DNA of 64,000 nucleotides. It comes from Escherichia phage vB_EcoM_G10400. Position 1 is the first letter of the stretch. Each line of letters begins with the position of its first letter. This document shows, piece by piece, positions 32,639 to 44,454 of the stretch. Location of the stretch: sequence record MK327937.1; one strand, given 5' to 3'. The position numbers and the translations under genes are program-made. The notes under the pieces were generated by a model that saw nothing but the letters and a program-made list of their open reading frames with translations, did no database searches and was not told where the DNA came from.

Positions 32639-32831
32639 TGCTTATAATTTCAACATCAGCCCAATGACCATAGCAAGGAAGACGAAATTCAACTGGCCAG
32701 TTAGGGTCCTTTTCTAATATAATAGACTTAACTTGTGGTTCTTCGTGTTCATCAGTATACGGATTTTTATCTGTTACTTTATATGTGACCTTAATGTACT
32801 GAATTCCAAAAATCTTATTAATTATATTCAT
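32625..32831 (-). CDS. Hypothetical protein
   Basis: 68-aa ORF in tightly packed minus-strand operon. Confidence 0.5.
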   Translation of the reverse strand: MNIINKIFGIQYIKVTYKVTDKNPYTDEHEEPQVKSIILEKDPNWPVEFRLPCYGHWADVEIISIENV

Positions 32832-33025
32832 ACTAATTCCTTTAATCCGTAGATAGGAGATAATTCATCACCCATACGAAGGTCTTCATTTCCATCTACC
32901 CAGGAAACAATATAAGCCTCTTTTATTTGAATACCACTCCATTTAAATGGAGGTAGAACCTTAGAAATTAATCCAGGTATACCAACTCCCTTTAATTCAA
33001 CGGTTTGACCTAAAAAGAATTTCAT
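32828..33025 (-). CDS. Hypothetical protein
   Basis: 65-aa ORF, overlapping start/stop with neighbours. Confidence 0.5.
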   Translation of the reverse strand: MKFFLGQTVELKGVGIPGLISKVLPPFKWSGIQIKEAYIVSWVDGNEDLRMGDELSPIYGLKELV

Positions 33026-33312
33026 TAAAACCTCATCTGAAAACCATGCGATTTAACGTTACCACCGCCAATATCAGAAATATTAATTTCACGCGCAATT
33101 GAAGGGTCAATGTCAATTTCACGATTGAGTTTAGTGATAGCTAAAGTATCGCGCCCATTTACAGTACGGAACTCTAAAGGACAAACCACATCAACGTAGT
33201 TTTTAATCGATTCGCTAGTAGGTTGCAAATGTGCAGGAAGGTCTTTAGGCGACTTTGAGAAAACTACTTCGCAGAAGTTTTTACGGGTATCAAAATAAGT
33301 AGTCATAAACAT
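33025..33312 (-). CDS. Hypothetical protein
   Basis: 95-aa ORF. Confidence 0.55.
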   Translation of the reverse strand: MFMTTYFDTRKNFCEVVFSKSPKDLPAHLQPTSESIKNYVDVVCPLEFRTVNGRDTLAITKLNREIDIDPSIAREINISDIGGGNVKSHGFQMRF

Positions 33313-33353
33313 AACATTTTCCTCAGTAAGGGGCCAAAGCCCCTCATTTTATT

Positions 33354-33731
33354 TTAAATATCAAATTCGTTAAGAACTACATCAAAGATTGCTTCAAGAT
33401 GCTCAGGTTTAGCTCTGTTACTCAGAATATGACGAATCCAAGTTTTAACCAAAAGCTTGCGATTAGCACCATTCCAGCAAGGATGAGTCCCTAAATCACG
33501 TTGACGAAAATCATCATCCAGAGCGATTTTGAAGTTTGAACCTTCCATTGTGATTGAAACCGTGATGCCATTTTCAAATCGCATATAAACGTAATTAGGA
33601 GTCATATACTGTTCAATTTCGCATACTGATCCATTTTGATGTTTCCAAAGGCAAATAGTATCAATAGAACCTGCAATACAATTAGAAACATATTTACGTT
33701 CAAAATTGGTGTAGTTCATTTTATTCTCCAA
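33354..33731 (-). CDS. Hypothetical protein
   Basis: 125-aa ORF. Confidence 0.55.
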   Translation of the reverse strand: MENKMNYTNFERKYVSNCIAGSIDTICLWKHQNGSVCEIEQYMTPNYVYMRFENGITVSITMEGSNFKIALDDDFRQRDLGTHPCWNGANRKLLVKTWIRHILSNRAKPEHLEAIFDVVLNEFDI

Positions 33732-33786
33732 GATGTTTAATTGCGGTACAGGTATATAATATCATATCCTGTACCAAAGTAAACAA

Positions 33787-34119
33787 TTATTTTACTACTT
33801 TCCAATGCTGCATGTCAAGTTTACCAACTTTTTTCATCTTCTCAATTAAGCGTTCTGCACGTTGGCGAGCTGTAACATAATGCCATTCGCCTAATTCATT
33901 TTGTTCAATTTTTCCAACGATTACTGTATTCAATTCATAAATCCAACCAGTAAAGAAATTATGAACTTGAATTGTAAAGGTGAAATCTGTTCCCATACCT
34001 TCTGTTGTTTCTACTTCAATAATATCACCTTCAACTGCCATTAAGAACCACATAGTTTCATCATATTTACCATTGAAGCATTTAGTTTTAACTGTAGCGT
34101 TCAGATTAATCGTTTTCAT
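33787..34119 (-). CDS. Hypothetical protein
   Basis: 110-aa ORF. Confidence 0.55.
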   Translation of the reverse strand: MKTINLNATVKTKCFNGKYDETMWFLMAVEGDIIEVETTEGMGTDFTFTIQVHNFFTGWIYELNTVIVGKIEQNELGEWHYVTARQRAERLIEKMKKVGKLDMQHWKVVK

Positions 34120-34200
34120 TTTATTCTCCTTTGTTTATGTAAGATAATACTATCACAAAGGAACTATACTGTAAACAACTTTATGCAATCTTTGGAAAAT

Positions 34201-34224
34201 AAAAAAGGACTCCCGAAGGAGTCC
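34201..34224 (-). terminator. Rho-independent terminator (minus strand) after small basic-protein gene
   Basis: GGACUCC-UUCG-GGAGUCC hairpin followed by U6 when read on minus strand. Confidence 0.6.
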
Positions 34225-34229
34225 TCAAC

Positions 34230-34406
34230 TTATGCTTTCTGCTTACCAAAACGAGAAGCATCATCTCGAAGAACCGCACGTGCTCGGCGCATGATCTTCT
34301 CAACAGTTTGATTGATACGAGAGTTCGACCCACGCTTGTAGCCAGCGCGTTTAGAATCACCAACTTTCTTTTCAACTGCTTTCTTTGCTTTAACTTGTTT
34401 TGCCAT
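34230..34406 (-). CDS. Small lysine/arginine-rich protein (T4 30.9 position)
   Basis: Track ORF 34230-34448; internal ATG at 34406 (MAKQVKAKK...) more plausible, 58 aa. Confidence 0.5.
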   Translation of the reverse strand: MAKQVKAKKAVEKKVGDSKRAGYKRGSNSRINQTVEKIMRRARAVLRDDASRFGKQKA

Positions 34407-34650
34407 TATAAATTCTCTTTTAAATGAAAATGCAGGACTTATTGGCATTGCCTGCGAAAGCCCTCAAAGGGGTACTTAGGTTTTGAATATTTACCGACAG
34501 GATAACCATAAACCCGTCATCATTCACATTCAAGAGGTACACCATAAAACTGCCGGGGTCTTAAAACTATAATGATTCGCAAATCATTAATCAGACAGTT
34601 CGATGGCTCCTCGATTTTAGCTCACACTAAGGCAGTGAATCTCCAATAAA

Positions 34651-34899
34651 TTACTTCAGTGTTACCACAAAGTGACGAACTGCTTTTCGTGCAGCAGAAG
34701 CCAGAGGCTTAGCATACTTAAGTTCATCTTTTTCCTGAAGCTCAGCGGCTAATGCAGTTTGAGCAGGATTTAGATGTTTGAAATAACGCAGGATTTCAAG
34801 AGCTTCGGCTTCAACATCAATAGATGCGCCATAGTTTTCGTGACCATTATTCCATGCGTTTCGTTGCAGTTCAAGAGCGTGTTGTAATTGTTTAATCAT
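34651..34899 (-). CDS. rIII: rIII lysis inhibition accessory protein
   Basis: 82-aa ORF matching T4 rIII in size and position. Confidence 0.85.
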   Translation of the reverse strand: MIKQLQHALELQRNAWNNGHENYGASIDVEAEALEILRYFKHLNPAQTALAAELQEKDELKYAKPLASAARKAVRHFVVTLK

Positions 34900-35046
34900 T
34901 TAAAAATTCTCGTTAGAGATTAAAACTCGGTAGTCACGTTCTTCTGAATTTCATCTTCTTTCGACAGATCTCTCAGTTGTAGACTACCACATAGAATTGT
35001 TCGGTTAACTTATTATTCCGACACCCAATTCATATTATTATTTATA

Positions 35047-35382
35047 TCACTTATAAAGACATGGAATAGCTTTATAGTGACAAGTAACGAATTTTTGTTT
35101 AATTTCTTTTGGCTGCTTAAGACCCAGAGCTACAAAAGGATGCGGAACGTTTCGAATTTGACCAACTGGAAGAGAAGTCAAATCACCAACTTCGCAGAAA
35201 CCTTCAGGAACATCAGGACCAACAGAGTGAACTACACACAATTCAGGAACTTCACCTTGAACACGTTTACCGATAATAAGCCCTGATTCTGTGACTTCTT
35301 CATCGCCAGCTTGTGCAGGTTCAGAAACTAAAATAACATATTCACCGACAGCACGAATTGGTAGCTGTTGTACTTCAGACAT
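35047..35382 (-). CDS. 31: Co-chaperonin for GroEL (GroES-like)
   Basis: 111-aa ORF matching T4 gp31. Confidence 0.9.
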
Positions 35383-35438
35383 CGTTTTTCCTTTTTGTTA
35401 ATAGATGAATTAATAATAACAAATAATTCTTAAAGCAT

Positions 35439-35747
35439 TTATTTACCAATAAATTGGAGCAAATGCTCAACTTTCATACCATTAACGGAAATCAATTTGT
35501 CAATAGAAAAACCTCGCCATGCGCCAAGTTCAACATCAAATACTGGAATCATGTCAGTAGATTCTTTCCGAGTAGATTCAGTCAATTTACCAGTTTGCAT
35601 GGTTGGCATAAAGTCTGCATCACGAGTACCTTTCATAGTACGAATAGTACCATCAGACTTTTCAAAAACTACGTTTGAAACACCCATGGACAATTTAGTT
35701 TTCAAAATTTCGCGAATTGCTACTTTCTGCTCAGTTGTCAGTTTCAT
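35439..35747 (-). CDS. Hypothetical protein (31.1 position)
   Basis: 102-aa ORF. Confidence 0.55.
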   Translation of the reverse strand: MKLTTEQKVAIREILKTKLSMGVSNVVFEKSDGTIRTMKGTRDADFMPTMQTGKLTESTRKESTDMIPVFDVELGAWRGFSIDKLISVNGMKVEHLLQFIGK

Positions 35748-35984
35748 TTATTTACCTATTACAGTTTTAATATGAGTTGTTCCACGTTCTTTAAGGGTGG
35801 AAAGTAATTTTTGGCATTTTTCTAAATCAGATTTCCAACTATATGGTCTATCAATACAAACCCAATTTGTCTTATAATACTGTTTCCATTTAGAGAAAAA
35901 ATATTTCTTATACTCTACAGCAAACGAGATGTTCTCATTAGAATAAGAACTAATTGCTGTGAGCTTTACCAAACGAAATTTCAT
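35748..35984 (-). CDS. Hypothetical protein (31.2 position)
   Basis: 78-aa ORF. Confidence 0.5.
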   Translation of the reverse strand: MKFRLVKLTAISSYSNENISFAVEYKKYFFSKWKQYYKTNWVCIDRPYSWKSDLEKCQKLLSTLKERGTTHIKTVIGK

Positions 35985-36565
35985 TATTCACCACAGAATT
36001 CGTTGATATTTTCCCAGTTTAACTTATTCAAGTTTTTCTTAGGAACATTAAACACTTCAATACCTGCATTTCGCAGAATATCATCCCAGCCAGGTTTATT
36101 TTTATCGTATGTTTCGCAATAAACCAGCTTTTTAATACCAGATTGAGCTATTGCTTTTGCACAATCTGGACAGGGAGAAAGTGTTACATACATAGTAGCA
36201 CCTTCAATAGAAGAACCATTTCGTGCAGCAAACAAAATTGCATTTAGTTCAGCATGAATTTCATTTTTAGATGACCATTCCGAGTGAGCACTACGATGTT
36301 CTTTTGCCAAGACAAAACGATCAGTTGAACCAAATGATACGCATTCGGGCTTATGGCCTTGAATGATAGTATGTTTAGGCTTATTCAACAACCATCCTTG
36401 CTCAGCAGCATAATCACAACAGTTCACACCCCCTGCGGGTGAACCATTATACCCAGTAGAAATAATACGTCCATTCTTTTCAATTACTGCTCCTACCTTC
36501 CAGGAGCAACATTTTGATTCTTGTGATACTAAATATGCAATTTGAAGTACTGTACTCGCTTTCAT
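35984..36565 (-). CDS. cd: dCMP deaminase
   Basis: 193-aa ORF with zinc deaminase motifs (HAE...PCxxC: HAELNA, SPCPDCAKA). Confidence 0.93.
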   Translation of the reverse strand: MKASTVLQIAYLVSQESKCCSWKVGAVIEKNGRIISTGYNGSPAGGVNCCDYAAEQGWLLNKPKHTIIQGHKPECVSFGSTDRFVLAKEHRSAHSEWSSKNEIHAELNAILFAARNGSSIEGATMYVTLSPCPDCAKAIAQSGIKKLVYCETYDKNKPGWDDILRNAGIEVFNVPKKNLNKLNWENINEFCGE

Positions 36566-36900
36566 TTCATAATCACCAGATAAGCAGATTTAGCAGTTTC
36601 AACACGATAAATTTCGTGACGAAGTTTAGTTATACTTTTAATAACAGAACTAATTATATTCTGCCCATCTTTAAAGCGGTTTTTCTTGTCAATAAAAATT
36701 GCACCAACCATCTTTTTGTGAAGCTCAACTGGATACTTCGTCACAATAATAGCATCATATACAGAAGGATGAATACTATTTACTAGAGTGTCATTCATTA
36801 AAGTTATTCTAATGAACTGTGCTGTTTCAGAGTCAAGCGCTCTATGATCGCCAGTATCATTTTCAAGACAATTATCAATTATATCAGTTAAATTCATCAT
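36562..36900 (-). CDS. Hypothetical protein (cd.1 position)
   Basis: 112-aa ORF. Confidence 0.55.
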   Translation of the reverse strand: MMNLTDIIDNCLENDTGDHRALDSETAQFIRITLMNDTLVNSIHPSVYDAIIVTKYPVELHKKMVGAIFIDKKNRFKDGQNIISSVIKSITKLRHEIYRVETAKSAYLVIMK

Positions 36901-37136
36901 AGTACGCCATACACCCTTTGTGCTTCAACTAATCCATCAAAATCCAGTTTAAGATGCGATATTTGATCGCCATCGCCTGGATTCACAATTACTAATACTG
37001 AACGAGGAGTTTCGGTAATAACACGAACCGATGTTTCAGGAAATCGTTCAGAAACCTTATTTACCAATTCCTGAGCAAATAGTTTAACTTTTTCTTGGAA
37101 TTCTTTAACAGTAATTGGTTTTTCACTTAGCAGCAT
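36897..37136 (-). CDS. Hypothetical protein (cd.2 position)
   Basis: Track ORF extends to 37232; internal ATG 37136 with GAGGAAA SD preferred because a promoter-like element lies in the extension. Confidence 0.5.
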   Translation of the reverse strand: MLLSEKPITVKEFQEKVKLFAQELVNKVSERFPETSVRVITETPRSVLVIVNPGDGDQISHLKLDFDGLVEAQRVYGVL

Positions 37137-37165
37137 TTTGTTTTCCTCATTTGTTTGGTAGAGCC

Positions 37166-37194
37166 ATAATATCACAACTCTACCGTAAAGTAAA
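37166..37194 (-). promoter_or_regulatory. Candidate early-type promoter TTTACT-N17-TATTAT
   Basis: Minus-strand -35/-10-like hexamers with 17-nt spacer upstream of the 37136 start. Confidence 0.35.
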
Positions 37195-37197
37195 CTA

Positions 37198-37473
37198 TTA
37201 AATCGCTTTGAATTCCGCAGTTTGAGATTCAAAGCGAATGTCGCCTTTGATAACTAGCTCAGCATCAAGACCAAATACGACAATGATATGCGCGGAACCT
37301 GGATACAGCGTAATGGCAACAGAATCCACCTGGTCTGGAAGCAAAGTGTTTAATACATGAGTCACTTGAGCATGGATTCGAAGTTCGGCTGCGTTATCAA
37401 GCTTTTCAAACATATTATTAGCGATAATTTGGCTAAACACTACTTCTACGATTTTAGAGTAAGTCGGAAACAT
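37198..37473 (-). CDS. Hypothetical protein (cd.3 position)
   Basis: 91-aa ORF. Confidence 0.55.
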   Translation of the reverse strand: MFPTYSKIVEVVFSQIIANNMFEKLDNAAELRIHAQVTHVLNTLLPDQVDSVAITLYPGSAHIIVVFGLDAELVIKGDIRFESQTAEFKAI

Positions 37474-37475
37474 AT

Positions 37476-37676
37476 TTACCTCACATAATTTTCTTCAAGC
37501 CAATCAATAACATCCAACGCATTATCAAAAGTTGAACCATCTACTCTGTCTTCTGTTTCATAATCAAGAACATCTAAGCCTACTCTTCCATCAACAATAG
37601 GCCATAAACAAAATAGATATTTCTTTTCTTTTTCAATTTTATCACAAAGACGATAAATCTTTTCTATGTTATTCAT
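37476..37676 (-). CDS. Hypothetical protein (cd.4 position)
   Basis: 66-aa ORF. Confidence 0.5.
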   Translation of the reverse strand: MNNIEKIYRLCDKIEKEKKYLFCLWPIVDGRVGLDVLDYETEDRVDGSTFDNALDVIDWLEENYVR

Positions 37677-37865
37677 AAGTTTTCCATGGTAAAGGCAGTT
37701 TAGTTTTCTTTACTGTTAGTTCAACATCAGGATTCTTTTCTCTTAATTTAAGGCATTCCTCCCAAGCTCTGATTTCACTAGTGAATACACAAAATTGCCC
37801 ATTACTAGTACCGACTAAACCACTATTTACAATAATAATAGCCCAAGTTTCATGGTGCAAAGCCA

Positions 37866-37866
<1 letters not shown>
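37669..37866 (-). CDS. Hypothetical protein (cd.5 position)
   Basis: 65-aa ORF. Confidence 0.5.
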
Positions 37867-39084
<1,218 letters not shown>

Positions 39085-39088
<4 letters not shown>

Positions 39089-39315
39089 TTATTTTTCTCA
39101 ACCAATGATTGAATATAATCATGCAGGTCTTTAGATGCTTTACCCCACTTATTTTGATATTCATTTTTGAGATTAGCACGTGATTGAGCTAATAAAACAT
39201 CATTAGTTGGAGGTAAAGATTCTAATCGCTGAATCTGGCGTCCATAAATCATTGCAGCCATCTCGGATTCATAAATCAATCCTTTGAGATGTTCAAATTG
39301 ATGCCATGAAATCAT
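39085..39315 (-). CDS. Hypothetical protein (pseT.2 position)
   Basis: 76-aa ORF. Confidence 0.5.
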
Positions 39316-39611
39316 TTACATTTATCCTCTTTTAACTCTTGACGATAATAACATATCATAGTTTTCTGGTCATGTACATATCGTTTTACATCATTAAGCC
39401 AAATACGAAATTCCTGGGAATCTTCAAATGGCATACCGACCCAAGCTTTACCATCAATAACTTTAACTTGCCAAGATAATTTAGCTTCGTCATATGACTT
39501 TATTTGTACAGGCCAATTAGGATGAATTGTTTCTTTCTTTACTTCTAGAGGCTTTGTCGAACAACCAACTAGAAGACCAATAGATAATATTACTGCTGAT
39601 AGTTTAATCAT
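39312..39611 (-). CDS. Predicted lipoprotein
   Basis: 99-aa ORF with signal peptide and lipobox-like LLVGC at residues 13-17. Confidence 0.5.
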   Translation of the reverse strand: MIKLSAVILSIGLLVGCSTKPLEVKKETIHPNWPVQIKSYDEAKLSWQVKVIDGKAWVGMPFEDSQEFRIWLNDVKRYVHDQKTMICYYRQELKEDKCK

Positions 39612-39961
39612 TTAGAAAGGTCCTGGATGTCTTCTGCTAACTTGTTGAAGGAGTTGTTAATTTGTTTTTCAACCAATCCTGGCTTATGAGCCACCACATC
39701 CGCCTTCTTTGCGTCTTTGCGCAGTTTTTCATTTTCACGCTCAATAGCAGCAATTGCCTCACGATTTTTATTATTCATCGCATCAATATAATTATACTGA
39801 ATTCGCAAATTATTTAATGCTAAAGCGTTTTCATTGGCTGTTTTTGTAATTTCGGTAACTGATGTTTCTAATCTTTCTACCTTATTTTTTAAAATAATAG
39901 ATGTTCCGCCAAATGCTATTACAAGTAATAGCAATCCAGCTGTAAAATTACTTACATGCAT
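39608..39961 (-). CDS. Hypothetical membrane-anchored coiled-coil protein
   Basis: 117-aa ORF with N-terminal hydrophobic helix (GLLLLVIAFGGTSIIL). Confidence 0.5.
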   Translation of the reverse strand: MHVSNFTAGLLLLVIAFGGTSIILKNKVERLETSVTEITKTANENALALNNLRIQYNYIDAMNNKNREAIAAIERENEKLRKDAKKADVVAHKPGLVEKQINNSFNKLAEDIQDLSK

Positions 39962-40455
39962 AAAGTTTTAATAACCTCTATAATATCGTCTTGAGAAAGA
40001 CCGTTAATTAAAATATGATGTTCAGCTGGAGATTTAGAAATTTTAAAGCATGCCTCAACATCTTCTGCCATATCCGATGCACTACGATTTGGATTACTAA
40101 TCCCAAGGCGATGTTTTCCCGTCAAAGGATTAACGATGATATAGCATTTGCAGCTATTGATATGAACATTGGGTTGAGTCTGATTAATGAACACTTCACA
40201 ATCATACTTAGCGAGTTGATTTTCTAAAAAGACTTTCATCTCTTCAACCGCATCAGGAAGCATATCACGGGCTTGCTCAAGACGACGATTTCGATATTCT
40301 TTAATGGTCGTTTTCCGCTTGACTTGCTTAGCTAAATCTTTCTTAAGATCGGTGATATATCCAACTCGACGGTTTCCTTTAAATACAGAAATCCCATCTG
40401 TAGTATCACCGTATGCTTCAACGACCATTTCAGTAGTAATACGCTGCAAATCCAT
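39952..40455 (-). CDS. alc: Alc, inhibitor of host transcription elongation
   Basis: Track ORF starts one codon earlier (40458); 167-aa product matches T4 Alc; GAGGA SD. Confidence 0.8.
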   Translation of the reverse strand: MDLQRITTEMVVEAYGDTTDGISVFKGNRRVGYITDLKKDLAKQVKRKTTIKEYRNRRLEQARDMLPDAVEEMKVFLENQLAKYDCEVFINQTQPNVHINSCKCYIIVNPLTGKHRLGISNPNRSASDMAEDVEACFKISKSPAEHHILINGLSQDDIIEVIKTLCM

Positions 40456-40486
40456 CATAAAGTCCTCATGTTATGCCAGTAAGACT

Positions 40487-40515
40487 ACTATAACACAACA
40501 CGAGGGACTTGTAAA
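40487..40515 (-). promoter_or_regulatory. T4 early-type (sigma70-like) promoter TTTACA-N17-TATAGT upstream of alc
   Basis: Second copy of the 54-bp element (one mismatch vs 25203-25256). Confidence 0.5.
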
Positions 40516-40519
40516 CAGC

Positions 40520-42107
<1,588 letters not shown>

Positions 42108-42134
42108 AATAAAATGGGCCTTGCGGCCCACTCC

Positions 42135-42637
42135 TTAAAAGTATTTTTTAAAACTCATCATAACTTTATCATCAACATCATTATCAATCTGTGCTACAAG
42201 GTAAGATGACAGTTCTACTTCTTGCGGCGCGGATTGAACATTATCAGAATTAAGGTATTCACGAATCCAAGGATATGGATGTTTAACCGGAGCATCGGTA
42301 ATTGGGCATGGAAGACCGCACTGTTTCATACGAGATACAGTTAAGTAATCAATAAAGCTCCACATGCTATTTGTATTTAATCCAGGAACATCGCCGTCTT
42401 TAAATAAATGAACTGCCCAATCTTTTTCTTGGCGGTTAACTTCCATGAAAATATCAACTGCTTCTTGTTCACACTCTTGAGCAATTTTAACCCATTCATC
42501 GCCGTCAGTGCCAAGTTGAAGTTGACGAATAATATATTGGGTGCCTTTAAGATGAAGCTGCTCATCACGTGCAATGAACTTCATAATCTTGGCATTACCT
42601 TCCATGATTTCCATGTTCTTATGGAAGTTAAAGGTAC
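42135..42637 (-). CDS. nrdB: Ribonucleotide reductase beta subunit, exon 2
   Basis: ORF continues R2 homology (..NMEIMEGNAKIMKFIARDEQLHLKGTQ..); 3' splice site placed after intron-terminal G so that the junction codon UGU restores the conserved Cys. Confidence 0.75.
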
Positions 42638-43727
42638 CGTATGTTCGATTGAGTTCGCTAATTCTCAACCCGTTCTCTTATGAACTGCTGCATGTTACCA
42701 TGCAGTCCAGACTATATCACAATCCCGGAGGGATTCTCCCCATTTCGAGTCGCTTGACCCTACGTCCGAAGACTAGTCGTTGAACCTTGTTTTGCAATTG
42801 TCGCCGTGCCATCGTTTATATGTTGATGGTGATAAATCTTTCTTATCACAATATGGACAATTCAATTGAATTCTATTTGGATTTAATTTACATCTGTCAT
42901 TATGTTTTAGATAAAATCCAGGACCTTTACCAATGTGACCACAAAAATCACATGTGATTTCTTTTTGTGCAGGATGGGTCCCGTTCTTAACCATTTCTAA
43001 TGTTTTTGCTGATGTTCTTTTCTTATGGTCTTCTGATAAGAAATGATGTGAACCGTCATTTACCCGTTTTGATTGAGTTTCTGACTGCATTTTACCACCG
43101 CAAAATACATGAGTACCTTCTTTTATAGCTGCAATATTGCGTTCTTTAACTTTTGCAATATGCTCAGCTTGTTGAAAATTATGTATACCTAATGCAACTC
43201 TATTTAAATTAGATTTACGCTGTATTTCACCATCTAAAAGATGAAATGTACCATTTTCTATCTTAGATTTAATAGAGGCAATATTTTTAGCTCGTACTTC
43301 AGGGATATTAAAAATCTGGATTTCTCTAGATTTTGCGGCTTTAGAAGCTAATTCAGAAATTTCTTCAGGAGAATATTTCATTCTAAGCTTTATAGCATGA
43401 CAAGCCTTGTAATCTTTTTGAGCTAAATGTATATCATAATGTTCCTGTATAGAAAGGCACATCAAATTATCTAAATCATTATTTTCACGGTTACCGTCTT
43501 TATGATGGATTTCGTATGTTCTTCCATCAGAATCTTTAGGTATAGGTCCGTTAGCATCTATCCAAATTTTTCTATAGTTCAATTGTGCATCCTCTTAAAA
43601 GTATAATCATATTTATATTATACTAATTAAAGGTGCAAGCAAAACCTTGGCTGCTAGTTTTCCTATAAAGGACTTTCCAGCAATTAAAGGAGTTTTCGAT
43701 AAACGTTACCGTTTAAAGGCGCATTTT
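42638..43727 (-). mobile_element. Group I self-splicing intron in nrdB (about 1090 nt) carrying I-TevIII
   Basis: R2 reading frame is interrupted by about 1.1 kb containing an HNH endonuclease ORF; boundaries inferred from protein homology and U/G splice-site rules. Confidence 0.7.
42773..43582 (-). CDS. I-TevIII: Intron-encoded HNH homing endonuclease I-TevIII (full length)
   Basis: 269-aa ORF inside nrdB intron; N-terminal HNH motif (EIHHKDGNRENNDLDNL) and C-terminal Cys/His-rich zinc-finger-like region. Confidence 0.8.
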   Translation of the reverse strand: MNYRKIWIDANGPIPKDSDGRTYEIHHKDGNRENNDLDNLMCLSIQEHYDIHLAQKDYKACHAIKLRMKYSPEEISELASKAAKSREIQIFNIPEVRAKNIASIKSKIENGTFHLLDGEIQRKSNLNRVALGIHNFQQAEHIAKVKERNIAAIKEGTHVFCGGKMQSETQSKRVNDGSHHFLSEDHKKRTSAKTLEMVKNGTHPAQKEITCDFCGHIGKGPGFYLKHNDRCKLNPNRIQLNCPYCDKKDLSPSTYKRWHGDNCKTRFND

Positions 43728-44403
43728 ACGCAAAAGATACATAAAAACGAATAGCTTCTAAGGCATTAATAACGTGCAAACAGAGGTAAAGAGATTTCAT
43801 TAAAGCACGTTTAGCTTCGGCTTCTTGTTTAATAGCTCGGTTTAAACGAAAGACGGCATCAGGAGATTCTTTAGCTAGTTCTACAAATTCTTTAGCATTT
43901 TCCCATTCACGAGTTTTAATCAGAACATCATCATAATAACGTCCAATGGATTCAGCACGTTTCATAATAGCTTCATCTAATACAATCTCATCAAATACCT
44001 TTGACGGATCAGTATAAAGATTTCGCATGATATGAGTATATGAACGACTATGAATAGTTTCACTAAAAGTCCATGTAGCAACCCATGTATCAAGGCTTGG
44101 GTCTGAAATTAATGACATAAGTACAGCAGATGGCGCACGACCCTGAATGCTATCCAAAAGTGATTGATACTTCAGGTTATTAGTAAAAATATCTTGCTGA
44201 TATTGAGGAAGCTTGTTAAATTGTGCAGCATCCATCATCAAGTTTACTTCTTCAGGACGCCAGAAAAATGACAATTGCTTTTCGGTTAAATCTTCAAAAA
44301 CTTTATGGCGTTGAATATCATAACGCGCAATACCAAGACCTGAACCAAAAAACATAGGTTCTTTTAAAACATCAACTGGATTTGTATTAAAAACTGTGCT
44401 CAT
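43728..44403 (-). CDS. nrdB: Ribonucleotide reductase beta subunit, exon 1
   Basis: 225 codons ending ..LEAIRFYVSFA, homologous to R2 N-terminal half. Confidence 0.8.
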
Positions 44404-44454
44404 AAATTTTCCGCTTAGTTAATAGTTGGTGACTCGTCCGTGAGTCAAATTATA

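Noticed and set aside
42135-44403. nrdB as a frameshifted or fragmented pseudogene
   Set aside because: The two ORFs are consecutive halves of R2 separated by an intron carrying a homing endonuclease; splice junctions can be placed to restore a conserved Cys codon.
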